A stretch of DNA of 64,000 bases from Nitrospirota bacterium (GCA_963710375.1 CAVPZX010000001.1:32001-96000), one strand, 5' to 3'; shown: positions 10,397-20,017, counted from the stretch's first letter. Notes: generated from the sequence alone by a model not told the origin. Numbers and translations are program-made.

Positions 10397-11029
10397 ATGG
10401 CAGGGAAGATTCAAAAGATAGTCAGGGGTGTCAGAATGCACGATACCCTGCAGGAAGGGATAGAAGAAGCCCTTGAGAAGCAGGATGCGATCGATAAAAT
10501 CGAAGCCACCAAACACAGGTCAACCGGGTATTTGGAATACAAGAAGACAACCGAGGCCCGCAAAAAGGAAATCGAAAAGAAAATAGAGAGGGATCATAAA
10601 AAGAAGCTTCTGGAGATCCAACAAGCCAAGTATCGTGCCGAACAAAGTTCACGGGATGATGGAAGAGGCCGCAAAACCCCGGGAGTTGTTACAAGTGAAG
10701 AATCAAGTAATGACGCGGCTGCGGACATGCCGCCAAAGGAGCTGACCGAAGAGGCAAGACAACAGCTTATAATCGATTATCTTGATGAGGTGATGCAACT
10801 TCCGGAATTCTGGAAAGGCAGGATGGAAAAACCTGATGAAAAACCGCAGAGAGATGAAATCGAATTGCTGGAACGGCGTACATTCCATGGAATAATGGGC
10901 TACCTTATCAGGAACAAGACCACAGGCAAGAAGTTTTTCATTCCTAATCTGCATAACTTGAACAACAACATTGCGGACAAATTACCTGCAGCTTTCAAAA
11001 TAAATTTTAAGCTCTACAATATCAGTTGA
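10397..11029 (+). CDS. Hypothetical charged/coiled-coil protein
   Basis: 210-aa ORF filling the gap between same-strand genes; Lys/Glu-rich; no recognised motif. Confidence 0.6.
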   Translation: MAGKIQKIVRGVRMHDTLQEGIEEALEKQDAIDKIEATKHRSTGYLEYKKTTEARKKEIEKKIERDHKKKLLEIQQAKYRAEQSSRDDGRGRKTPGVVTSEESSNDAAADMPPKELTEEARQQLIIDYLDEVMQLPEFWKGRMEKPDEKPQRDEIELLERRTFHGIMGYLIRNKTTGKKFFIPNLHNLNNNIADKLPAAFKINFKLYNIS

Positions 11030-11099
11030 ATACCACTTCAATACTCGCTTAAAACCGTGCTAAAATGAAAAAAGAAATAAATCTTCAAGGGGATAATAC

Positions 11100-12227
11100 G
11101 TGAAAGAGCTATTCAAAAAAACGACAATCAATGGTATGACACTCACCAACAGGTTTGTCCGTTCCGCGACCTGGGAAGGCATGTGCGAAAGGGACGGGCG
11201 GCCCACACCCAAGCTTGCTTCCTGCTACCGAGATCTCGCTGCAGGAGGCGTCGGCCTGATCATAACCGGCTATACGTTTGTCAGGCCTGACGGTAAGCAG
11301 TTGCCAGGAAAGATGGGTATCCATACGGACGATTTTGCTGCCGACATGAGGACCCTTTCCAAGGCCGTCCATAATGAAGGCGGCAAGATATGCATGCAGC
11401 TGGTTCATGCAGGCGGTCAGACAACGGCGAAAACGGCAGGCAGAAGGCCACTTGCCCCTTCCGCTGTGAAGGTTGAACAATTCCCTGAAGAACCTGAAGC
11501 AATGAGTAAGAAGGACATAGATGAAATTGTCGCGGCCTTCGGCTATGCTGCCATGCGGGCAAAAAAATATGGGTTCGACGCGGTCCAACTCCATGCAGCC
11601 CATGGCTACCTTATTAACCAGTTCCTCTCTCCGCTGACCAACCGTCGGACTGATGGCTACGGCGGACCTGTCGAAAACCGCTGTCGTTTCCTTCTTGAAG
11701 TTTACCATCGCATCCGTTCAGAGGTGGGACCTGATTTCCCTGTTTTGGTCAAGCTGAACGGCTCCGACAATCTTGAGGGTGGCCTCGATATTGGCGATGC
11801 CGTCCATGTTGCACGTTTGATGGATAAGGAAAAGATCGATGCCATAGAAGTGAGCGGCGGCACCTCTGCCTCGGGCGAAAGATCTCCTGTGAGGACCAAG
11901 ATCGATAAACCCGCCCGTGAGGCTTACAACCTTGCACTTGCCGGGAAGATCAAAAAAGCGGTCCAATGTCCTGTCATGGCGGTTGGAGGTTTCAGGTCGC
12001 TCGAAGTTATAAATAAGGCCGCTATCGAAAATGGGATCGATTACATTGCCATGGCCCGCCCCTTCATCAGGGAACCGCGGCTGATCAGGCGCTGGAAAGA
12101 AGGTGACCTAGCTCCCGCGCGCTGCATCTCCTGCAATGGCTGCTTCAAGCCCGGACTCAGTGAAGGCGGTATCTATTGCGTGGTTGAAAAAAAGGAGGCG
12201 CAAAAGCGAACTGCCGGACCTCTTTGA
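11100..12227 (+). CDS. NADH:flavin oxidoreductase (Old Yellow Enzyme family)
   Basis: NRFVRSATWE, GGVGLII, QLVHAG, HAAHGYLINQFLSP..NRRTDGYGG, C-terminal CISCNGC. Confidence 0.92.
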   Translation: MKELFKKTTINGMTLTNRFVRSATWEGMCERDGRPTPKLASCYRDLAAGGVGLIITGYTFVRPDGKQLPGKMGIHTDDFAADMRTLSKAVHNEGGKICMQLVHAGGQTTAKTAGRRPLAPSAVKVEQFPEEPEAMSKKDIDEIVAAFGYAAMRAKKYGFDAVQLHAAHGYLINQFLSPLTNRRTDGYGGPVENRCRFLLEVYHRIRSEVGPDFPVLVKLNGSDNLEGGLDIGDAVHVARLMDKEKIDAIEVSGGTSASGERSPVRTKIDKPAREAYNLALAGKIKKAVQCPVMAVGGFRSLEVINKAAIENGIDYIAMARPFIREPRLIRRWKEGDLAPARCISCNGCFKPGLSEGGIYCVVEKKEAQKRTAGPL

Positions 12228-12240
12228 TACGACGCTATCT

Positions 12241-12879
12241 ATGAATAACCAATCTCTGGACCAACTTGTTGAAACATTGCTGGAAGGTGATCAGGCACGT
12301 GCTGTTTCCGAGGTAACAATCCTGCGAGATGCCGGTATTGATAATGAAGTTATCATTAAGGAAGGCATTGAGAAAGCTATGGGTCAGCTTGACACAAAAT
12401 GCACCCTGGAGCAGTTCAACCTGCTCGAAATAATGCTTGTCGGGCGAGCGGTGATGGGAGTTATCAAGACACTCTATCCTGATTTGCCCCCTTTGGCCAC
12501 GAGAGGAACCGCCGTAATTGCGAGTCTCGAAGGTGATGTTCATGACCTGGGGAAAAACATTGTCAGGACTATCATGAGTGCGAAGGGATACAGGGTCATT
12601 GATTGCGGCAAGGACTGTCCGGTGGAGAAACTGGTTGATGCAGCCGCCCGGGAAGGGGCAGCGATTATTGTTATAAGCGGCCTTATCACGAGCATCATAC
12701 CTTTGGTGCGGCAGGTCACCCCTTTGGCGCGAAAGCGCGGCCTGACAAAGGTAAAGGTCCTGGCAGGAGGGGCAGCATTGAAGCAGGCGACTGCGGATAT
12801 TCTCAATGTCGATTATGTAGCAGATTCCGTTTTTGACGTTATTCGCTACCTCGAACTTCAATACGAGGAAACAAGATGA
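12241..12879 (+). CDS. Cobalamin-binding corrinoid protein (MtaC-like; cap domain + B12-binding domain)
   Basis: GDVHDLGKNIV (DxHxxG), SGL, AGGAA; N-terminal helical cap; ATG at 12241. Confidence 0.88.
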   Translation: MNNQSLDQLVETLLEGDQARAVSEVTILRDAGIDNEVIIKEGIEKAMGQLDTKCTLEQFNLLEIMLVGRAVMGVIKTLYPDLPPLATRGTAVIASLEGDVHDLGKNIVRTIMSAKGYRVIDCGKDCPVEKLVDAAAREGAAIIVISGLITSIIPLVRQVTPLARKRGLTKVKVLAGGAALKQATADILNVDYVADSVFDVIRYLELQYEETR

Positions 12880-13892
12880 ACAGCCTGGATCGAATTCAGG
12901 CCGCGTTAAACTTTGGAAAACCTGACCGTGTTCCGGTGATCGCCCAGGTTTTCGGTCTTGCGGCTGTCCTTAGCGATGTGTCTCTGGGAGCTTATGTCAG
13001 AGACGGTCAATTGCTGGCGAGCTGCCAGTTGAATGCCCTGTCTCATTATGGCTACGACGCCGTCTTCGCGCTCATGGACGCCGGCGTGGAGACCGAGGCG
13101 GTTGGTTCAATCCTGACCTACCGCGCTGATATGTACCCGTATGTCTCAAAGTATGCGATTGAGGATGCTAGTGAGGTGGATAAGTTTGCTGTGCCTGATC
13201 CCAGGCATAGAGGGCGCATGCCTGAAGTACTCAAGGCTGCTCAGATTCTGCGCCGTGAGCTGCGGGACGAGGTTCTGATTGTCGGTTGCGTATTGGGACC
13301 GATGACTCTGGCGATGCAGTTGATGGGGCCGGAGAAGACCCTCTTCCTTGCCGTAGACGAACCGGATCTGTTTGCCAGGGTCCTTGATTTTGCCCTGGAA
13401 GTCTCTGTTGCTTTCGGTCTGGCGCAGATCGAAGCAGGGGCACATCTGCCGATGGTATTCGATCCTTCCGCCTCGCCGGCGGTCATACCTCCGCATTTTT
13501 TTCGCGAGTTCGTGCTGCCGCGGACCAAAAGGCTTTTCTCCGCATTGAAGTCTGGAGGATCGTTTGCCAACTGGCTTCATATAGCCGGACCTGCTGAAAC
13601 GATCTACCCTTTTTATGAGGAGGCCGGAGTGGACATCGCCAATTTCGATTACTGCATCGATCCGATTCGTGCACGGCAGATTCTGCCCCGGACCTGTCTC
13701 GATGGAAATATAAAACCGCTTTCCTTTGTTGAAGCGACACCAAACGACATTGCTGAGGAGTCGGCCAGGCTGCTGGAACTTTTCAGTTTGTATGGAGGTC
13801 TTATTCTTTCTTCCGGATGTGAAATCCCGCTGGAAGCCAAATCTGAAAATGTGACCGCCATGGTCCGCGCCCCACACGCAGGACAGATTTAA
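12876..13892 (+). CDS. UroD/MtaA-CmuA family methylcobalamin methyltransferase-like protein
   Basis: DRVPV, GRMPEVLKA, GPMTLA, FDPSAS, GNIKP, LSSGCEIP; ATGA overlap with the corrinoid gene. Confidence 0.85.
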   Translation: MNSLDRIQAALNFGKPDRVPVIAQVFGLAAVLSDVSLGAYVRDGQLLASCQLNALSHYGYDAVFALMDAGVETEAVGSILTYRADMYPYVSKYAIEDASEVDKFAVPDPRHRGRMPEVLKAAQILRRELRDEVLIVGCVLGPMTLAMQLMGPEKTLFLAVDEPDLFARVLDFALEVSVAFGLAQIEAGAHLPMVFDPSASPAVIPPHFFREFVLPRTKRLFSALKSGGSFANWLHIAGPAETIYPFYEEAGVDIANFDYCIDPIRARQILPRTCLDGNIKPLSFVEATPNDIAEESARLLELFSLYGGLILSSGCEIPLEAKSENVTAMVRAPHAGQI

Positions 13893-15505
13893 TGCCTATC
13901 CTAACCGTTAAGCAGGCGGGTAAAGATCGACATATAATATTCATATCCGGTCGTTCGGTGCGTGATATCCTCGATGAAACTGACCTTCGGGTCCGCTCCG
14001 GATGTGACGGCGCGGGAGCTTGCGGCATGTGCCGCATCAGGGTCGTGGGTGGCCACGCCGGGGAGCCTTCGGTGAACGAGCTCGCAAACCTCGGCGCGGG
14101 GCTGCTGTCTCAAAGTGTGCGGCTTGCCTGCCAGGTTAAAGCGGAGCGAGACCTGCAGATAGAGATACTCAGCCGTGCACCCCGGTCAGTTTGGCGCAGC
14201 CTGGACCAGGGAGGAGCCAAAACATGCATCCCGGCCACAGCAGCGGCGCCCCATCCGGAAACAGAACATCCCTTAGGAGTAAGTGTAGATATTGGCACTA
14301 CCCACATTTCGATTTCTTTATTAGATATTCACGCCTGCTGCCGGTTGGCAGGGCGCCTCGGCCTAAATCCTCAATCAGACTCGGGCGCCGACGTCCTTAC
14401 TCGTCTGATATCGGCTCAAACTTATGAACAGGGTGAAAAGTTAAGCCAGCAGGTAATCCAGTCAATAGGTGAAGGATTACACGATATCGGATCCCGGGAG
14501 GGAATCGACTTGAGAAGGGTTGAGCGCGTTGTTTTAGTGGGAAACACAGCAATGTTGTCCCTGTTGTCGGGGCAAAACCGTCATCTTTTGCTGCAGCCCC
14601 GCTACTGGAGTGAATCTATTGAATGCCTCCCCCTTGAAACCGCCTCCTGGGGCGCCTCCTGGGGGATTAGCCCTGGAGCGGCTATCGACGTTATCCCTCC
14701 CCTGGCCGGCTTTGTCGGTTCCGATCTTCTCTCCGGCGTCTTAGCAACTGGCCTGATGGAACACGGTGGCGGGGCCCTTCTGATCGATTTCGGAACCAAT
14801 TCAGAAGTAGCCCTTTGGGATGGGAATAAGATATGGGTGACATCTGCAGCCGGAGGTCCCGCTTTTGAGGGGTGCGGCATAAGCTGCGGAATGCCGGCGG
14901 AGCCAGGCGCTATTTACCGTGTATATGCTTCTGATGAGACAGGAGAGCTTGCGTTCGAGATTGTTGCCGACGCCGAACCCCGAGGTTTGTGCGGGTCCGG
15001 CATGGTAGATCTGCTTGCATGTCTTGTCAGAAACAGGACATTGAACAAGAAGGGACAATTCGCATCGTCTGTTCAGCAGTATGGTTTTCCGCTTCGGCGC
15101 GGCGATCTGGATATTGTTCTGACCAAGAGAGACATAGACATTTTCCAGCGTGCAAAGGCCGCTATCGGAGTGGCTGTCAATGTGCTTCTGACCAAAGCAG
15201 GCATCGGATATCGCGAGTTGCGGCGAATATGTATTGGCGGAGTTTTCGGCCAATATCTTAATATAGTCAATGCCCAGGAGATTGGGCTTCTGCCGGCGAT
15301 CCCCGGGCTGCTTATAGAAACCTCGGGCAACACGGCACTCTCCGGATGCGAAACCCTGCTCCTTTCACCCGAGGCTGACAAGCGGTTACAGGAGGTAAGG
15401 AGCCGCGCAGTCCTTGTAAATTTAGCTAACGTTGCCGAGTTCGAGTCGCTTTTCCTCGAAAATCTCTATCTAAAGCCTGCTAATGAGAATATGGGCCATG
15501 ACTGA
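13892..15505 (+). CDS. RACo/RamA-type reductive activator of corrinoid proteins (2Fe-2S + ASKHA ATPase, DUF4445)
   Basis: CDGAGACGMC...RLACQ ferredoxin; DIGTT, GFVGSD, DFGTNSE, AAGGPAFEG, GLCGSG, AKAAI, GNTAL. Confidence 0.9.
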   Translation: MPILTVKQAGKDRHIIFISGRSVRDILDETDLRVRSGCDGAGACGMCRIRVVGGHAGEPSVNELANLGAGLLSQSVRLACQVKAERDLQIEILSRAPRSVWRSLDQGGAKTCIPATAAAPHPETEHPLGVSVDIGTTHISISLLDIHACCRLAGRLGLNPQSDSGADVLTRLISAQTYEQGEKLSQQVIQSIGEGLHDIGSREGIDLRRVERVVLVGNTAMLSLLSGQNRHLLLQPRYWSESIECLPLETASWGASWGISPGAAIDVIPPLAGFVGSDLLSGVLATGLMEHGGGALLIDFGTNSEVALWDGNKIWVTSAAGGPAFEGCGISCGMPAEPGAIYRVYASDETGELAFEIVADAEPRGLCGSGMVDLLACLVRNRTLNKKGQFASSVQQYGFPLRRGDLDIVLTKRDIDIFQRAKAAIGVAVNVLLTKAGIGYRELRRICIGGVFGQYLNIVNAQEIGLLPAIPGLLIETSGNTALSGCETLLLSPEADKRLQEVRSRAVLVNLANVAEFESLFLENLYLKPANENMGHD

Positions 15506-16694
15506 ATCGTTCTCCGATAAACAGGAGTTGAAGGCGTTTATAAATGCCGCACAATATTTAGCCGGCCTGACTTCCGGACAAGACACCTGGGAGGAGGCTG
15601 GAAAGGTCCTGGTTAAGTTTTTTGGGGCTGATTTTGCTGCCTTTGCAAGACACCATACCAACGGAGCAATTGAGATCGATCACTGGTCATTTTCCGGGAG
15701 AGGAGCTTCAGCGCGACTCCCGGAAAATGAAATGATTGTGGCGGCGGGCGATGTTTTTGAGAGCGGCTTTCTCACTTTTATTTCCATTAAATCTGATGAT
15801 CCGGCTGCTGCAGCCTTCTTTCCAATACTTCATGAAAATCGTGTGATCGCCGTGATGCTGGTGGGGCATCTCTCGTCCCCTGCTCTGGAGAATGACACTC
15901 TTGATCTCTATCTGGCAGTCGCCGGGCTTATTGGAGCAACATACTCACGTAAAATTTCTCTTGTGCAGCTCGAGGAGTTGGTAGAGGAGCGTACAGCCGA
16001 ATTGACTGCTGTGAATCAGGAACTCGAAAGATTCAGCTATTCTGTCTCTCACGATCTTCGCGCCCCCCTCCGGCACATGTCCGGTTTTGTGGAACTGCTT
16101 AAAAAAAGGCTTGGGGACTACCCTGACGCGGCTGCACGCGATTATATGAACATGATATCCGAGGCCTCAAAAAAAATGGGTGTGCTTATCGATGATCTCC
16201 TGAACTTTTCACGCCTTGGCCATGCTCAAATGCAGAAGACAAAGGTTAATTTAAATGCCCTTGTAAAAGCAGTAGTGCAAGAAATTCGGGAAGATCTGAA
16301 GGAACGGGATATCAGATGGGAGATCGATGAACTGCCAGATGTCCTGGCGGACCAGTCATTGCTCAGGCTTGTGATCGTAAATCTAGTCTCCAATGCAGTC
16401 AAGTTCACAAGTACCCGTCCAAAAGCTGAAATCAAGATCGGATGCAGAGATGAGGGAGATAAAATCACTTGTTCCGTCACGGACAATGGAGTAGGGTTTG
16501 ATATGAAATTTGTGCATAAACTATTCGGCGTATTCCAGCGTCTCCACAGCCAGAGCGAATTTGAAGGCACCGGTATCGGACTTGCGAATATACAACGCAT
16601 TATCAGCCGCCATGGCGGTAGAGTCTGGGCCGAAGGTGCTGTGGGACAAGGCGCCACATTTTATTTTACTTTGCCAATAATTAAGGAGACATAA
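15498..16694 (+). CDS. Cytoplasmic sensor histidine kinase (GAF-like N-domain, HisKA, HATPase)
   Basis: SYSVSHDLRAPL H-box, NLVSNAVKF, DNGVG, GTGIGL; no TM; overlaps the RACo stop codon. Confidence 0.92.
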   Translation: MTESFSDKQELKAFINAAQYLAGLTSGQDTWEEAGKVLVKFFGADFAAFARHHTNGAIEIDHWSFSGRGASARLPENEMIVAAGDVFESGFLTFISIKSDDPAAAAFFPILHENRVIAVMLVGHLSSPALENDTLDLYLAVAGLIGATYSRKISLVQLEELVEERTAELTAVNQELERFSYSVSHDLRAPLRHMSGFVELLKKRLGDYPDAAARDYMNMISEASKKMGVLIDDLLNFSRLGHAQMQKTKVNLNALVKAVVQEIREDLKERDIRWEIDELPDVLADQSLLRLVIVNLVSNAVKFTSTRPKAEIKIGCRDEGDKITCSVTDNGVGFDMKFVHKLFGVFQRLHSQSEFEGTGIGLANIQRIISRHGGRVWAEGAVGQGATFYFTLPIIKET

Positions 16695-16719
16695 TACCGG
16701 AAATGGGATAGAATAAGTC

Positions 16720-17358
16720 ATGAACATGAGGAAAGAAGTTACCATTTTATTGATTGAGGACAACCCGGCTGATGTCTATCTGATACGCGAAATGTTGTCA
16801 GAGACGACCGATGACATTATCCTTGAAGACGCCGACAGTTTCGCAAAGGGGCTCGCCAGGATAGATGCCGGTCAAATTGATTTGGTTCTGCTGGACCTCG
16901 GACTTCCTGACAGCCAGGGGATGGCCGGTGTCAAAAACCTGTGTGAGAGGTTCGGCCGGCTGCCTATTATCGTATTTACCGGGCTATCTGATGAACAGCT
17001 CGGCACACAGGCTGTTCATGAGGGTGCGCAGGACTATTTGATAAAGGGGCAGACAAACGGCAGCCTGCTGGTAAAGGCTATTCGTTATGCCATGGAGCGC
17101 AAACAGCTCGAAAACGAAAAGGAACACCTTATCCGTGAGCTTCAGGAATCCCTCGCTAAGGTTAAAAGACTTAGCGGCTTGTTGCCGATTTGCGCCTCAT
17201 GCAAAAAAATACGCGATGACAAAGGCTACTGGAATCAGGTTGAAACATATTTAAGTGAGCATTCCGACGCCAAGTTCAGTCATGGCATCTGTCCCGAATG
17301 CGGGAAAAAACTGTACCCGGAATTTTACGACAAGGTCTGGGGGAAAGAAAACAAATAG
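16720..17358 (+). CDS. Response regulator with C-terminal Cys-rich domain (no DNA-binding output)
   Basis: LLIEDN, LLDLGLPD, GAQDYLIK; LPICASCKKIRDDKGYW...FSHGICPEC. Confidence 0.9.
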   Translation: MNMRKEVTILLIEDNPADVYLIREMLSETTDDIILEDADSFAKGLARIDAGQIDLVLLDLGLPDSQGMAGVKNLCERFGRLPIIVFTGLSDEQLGTQAVHEGAQDYLIKGQTNGSLLVKAIRYAMERKQLENEKEHLIRELQESLAKVKRLSGLLPICASCKKIRDDKGYWNQVETYLSEHSDAKFSHGICPECGKKLYPEFYDKVWGKENK

Positions 17359-17396
17359 CAGGTATTTATTTGTAGTTGACGTCTGGAGTGTACAAA

Positions 17397-18719
17397 TCAG
17401 TTATCCATCAGTATTATCTGTATATCCATGACATTAGTACCGGTCGGCCCGGTGATGAATAAATCATCCGTCCTGCTGAAAAAAGTATATGAATCATTAT
17501 TCTTCAGGTATTCCCCGGCGTCGATACCTGCCACTGCCGCTTTTGCAACAGTTGCCCCGTCCACAAACGCTCCTGCCGCGTCGGTAGGTCCATCAGTGCC
17601 GTCAGTGCCTGCCGAAAGAAAAGTAATACCCGGGAGTCCTTTAATTTCCATTCCGAAAACAAGGGCAAGTTCCGTATTCCTGCCTCCCTTGCCGTTTCCT
17701 CTGACCGTAACAGTGGTTTCTCCCCCTGCGATAAGACATGCCTTGTCTCCCGGAGCTAATGTTTTTTTGAAATCAATCGCTTTTCTTGCGAGTTCCACGG
17801 CAACGATTGACGCTTCACCGTTCAGTTCAGTAGACATTACAGTTGTTCTGTATCCCAATAACTCCGCGGTCTTCCCGGCTGCATCTCTCGCCAGCTTGTT
17901 GCTTCCAATAATGATATTCCTTACTCTCTGAAAAATCGGATCGTCATCCTTAGGCGTTTCAGGCATAAGCCCACGTATCCCTTTACCTATTATTTCCGCA
18001 ACGCTTGGCGGCAGTCTGTCTTCCAGCTTATATTTCCTGAGAACATTATGTGCGTCATTATAAGTTGTTTTGTCAGGCGCTGTAGGACCTGAAGCAATCA
18101 TATCCAGTCTGTTACCCATAACGTCGGAGAGTATCAGTGATATAATTGCCGCCGGTTGAGCCGCTTCAGCCAGCCTGCCTCCTTTTACTGCAGAAATGTG
18201 TTTTCGAACAGTGTTAAGCTCATAAATATCGGCCCCGGCCTTAAGAAGCATGCTGGTTACCTCCTGTTTATCAGCCAGAGTGATGTCTCTGTAAGGCGCT
18301 ACGAGAAGAGCAGAGCCTCCTCCTGATATAAGGCAAATGACCAGGGTATTTTTGTCCGCCTCTTTGAGCACCCCCACAATTTCCTTAGCGGCCTTTAGTC
18401 CATTTTCATCAGGCAGCGGATGCCCGGCTTCATAGGTCATAATTTTGCTTTTTCCGTCCCACCTAACAGAATGGCCATATTTGGTCACTATTATTCCTCC
18501 GGCAAGCAGGTCTCCGAGATTGTCTTCTATTGCTTTTGACATGAGCGAAGCCGCTTTGCCGAAACCTGTGAGGACCAGTTTCCTGAAATTACCGCTCTCG
18601 TATGCCGAGCGAATGGTTTCAGAGTAAGAGGCAACTGCTTTGTAGGGGTCTACTGCCCGAAGTGATTGATTGAAAATTTCTCTAATGATAACCCTGGGGC
18701 CTTCTCCCGCCATTACCAT
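17397..18719 (-). CDS. Glycerate kinase (MOFRL / TtuD-like)
   Basis: GFGKAA, AGHPLPD, LISGGGSAL, RKHISAVKGG, ASGPT, GGETTV, GGRN, GTDGTDGPT, GPTGTNVMD. Confidence 0.92.
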   Translation of the reverse strand: MVMAGEGPRVIIREIFNQSLRAVDPYKAVASYSETIRSAYESGNFRKLVLTGFGKAASLMSKAIEDNLGDLLAGGIIVTKYGHSVRWDGKSKIMTYEAGHPLPDENGLKAAKEIVGVLKEADKNTLVICLISGGGSALLVAPYRDITLADKQEVTSMLLKAGADIYELNTVRKHISAVKGGRLAEAAQPAAIISLILSDVMGNRLDMIASGPTAPDKTTYNDAHNVLRKYKLEDRLPPSVAEIIGKGIRGLMPETPKDDDPIFQRVRNIIIGSNKLARDAAGKTAELLGYRTTVMSTELNGEASIVAVELARKAIDFKKTLAPGDKACLIAGGETTVTVRGNGKGGRNTELALVFGMEIKGLPGITFLSAGTDGTDGPTDAAGAFVDGATVAKAAVAGIDAGEYLKNNDSYTFFSRTDDLFITGPTGTNVMDIQIILMDN

Positions 18720-18730
18720 GAATACCGTTT

Positions 18731-20017
18731 TCAGGACCCTGGCACAAACAGCGGGATTACATAAGGCCCTTCAGGGATGACGGCCACGCGGCGATCGCCC
18801 TGTTCCCTCACACTCACCATGACAGCGGCGAATGGCGATTCGATCACGGTGACTCCTGTAAGCGCCTGCTGGTCTTTAGTCAACCCCCCGGTGTAGAGAA
18901 AAATATTTCCCCTTTTCATGGCCTTGACCTGCATCTCCGTCTGCCATTCATCGATGGCCGCATATTTTTTCTCGATGATTCCACGGAGGAACCTGTCAGG
19001 TCCTTCTCCTGTCAGGCACATTTGCGCTTCAGCATAGTCTGGCGATCCAATTCCCTCAGAACATTCAGAGACAATGATGATATCCCCGCCCGGCTCCAGT
19101 ATGTCGAGGGCGCTGACCATTCCTTTGACTGTCTGGTAATAAGTCTTATCCAGCGGGTAACCCCCGGAACTGGTCAGGACGGTTTTGAACCTTGTTTTAA
19201 GGCTGATCTCCGCATAGGGTCGTACGAACGAAACCGCTTCGAGGTGACTCTCCACTATTTCTCCGAAATTGACAAAGGACATCCGGCGGTCCTCATCGAG
19301 GACCGTATTGACAGCCAGGCACCTCCCCACCATTTGCATTATCTCCATCTGGGCCGTGTGCAGCGGGTTGCCCTCGATAATACAGTTTGCGGCCCTGTTA
19401 TCCTCCAGTACCCGCGCACAGTGGAACGCGCGTATCGTATTTTCATGAGCAATGCCAGGGGCGACAATTTTTCTTCCTCCGGAGTAGCCTGCCATGAAAT
19501 GGGGCTCCACCAGCCCTACGACAATGCGGAGATCGGCATGGATAAAGCGGCGGTCGATCCTGGCTTCTATGCCGCCCGATGTAGTCCCTAAGTATTCATG
19601 ATCATCGTCCCGCCGCGCAAAATGGTTGGCAACTGCCACTGTGCCGAGGACCCAATCGCTTCCCACCACCTCACGAAGCTCGTCACCTTCATTAGGCCGA
19701 TGGAGACCTGTTGCAACTAGGACAGTGATAGAATCAGGAGCCATCCCAGCCCCGATCAGCTCTTTTATCAGTTGCGGTAGAATAAGGCCGTTCGGTACAG
19801 GCCGGGTTATATCGCAGATAAGGATGCAGCAACTTCGGCGGCCCTTCGCCTCCTCACTCAGCGTTTTGCAGTTCACCGGATTGGCGAAGGCAGCCTTGAT
19901 AGCCCCATCAGGGTTTCTGAGGAGAGGCATGGCTTTTTTTTGTATCAGCGTAACATTGATATCTCTCGGAAGATCGATAGAGAGTCCGGTTTTGCCATAT
20001 TTCATATTGATATTCAT
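18731..20017 (-). CDS. larA: LarA-family nickel-pincer (NPN)-dependent 2-hydroxyacid racemase/epimerase
   Basis: DITRP, ATGLHR, EPHFMAGYSGGRK, GGYPLD..YQTVKG. Confidence 0.88.
   Translation of the reverse strand: MNINMKYGKTGLSIDLPRDINVTLIQKKAMPLLRNPDGAIKAAFANPVNCKTLSEEAKGRRSCCILICDITRPVPNGLILPQLIKELIGAGMAPDSITVLVATGLHRPNEGDELREVVGSDWVLGTVAVANHFARRDDDHEYLGTTSGGIEARIDRRFIHADLRIVVGLVEPHFMAGYSGGRKIVAPGIAHENTIRAFHCARVLEDNRAANCIIEGNPLHTAQMEIMQMVGRCLAVNTVLDEDRRMSFVNFGEIVESHLEAVSFVRPYAEISLKTRFKTVLTSSGGYPLDKTYYQTVKGMVSALDILEPGGDIIIVSECSEGIGSPDYAEAQMCLTGEGPDRFLRGIIEKKYAAIDEWQTEMQVKAMKRGNIFLYTGGLTKDQQALTGVTVIESPFAAVMVSVREQGDRRVAVIPEGPYVIPLFVPGS

Noticed and set aside
12136..12240. N-terminal extension of the corrinoid protein given by the ORF track
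   Set aside because: Overlaps the OYE gene by 92 nt; ATG 12241 gives the normal corrinoid protein size
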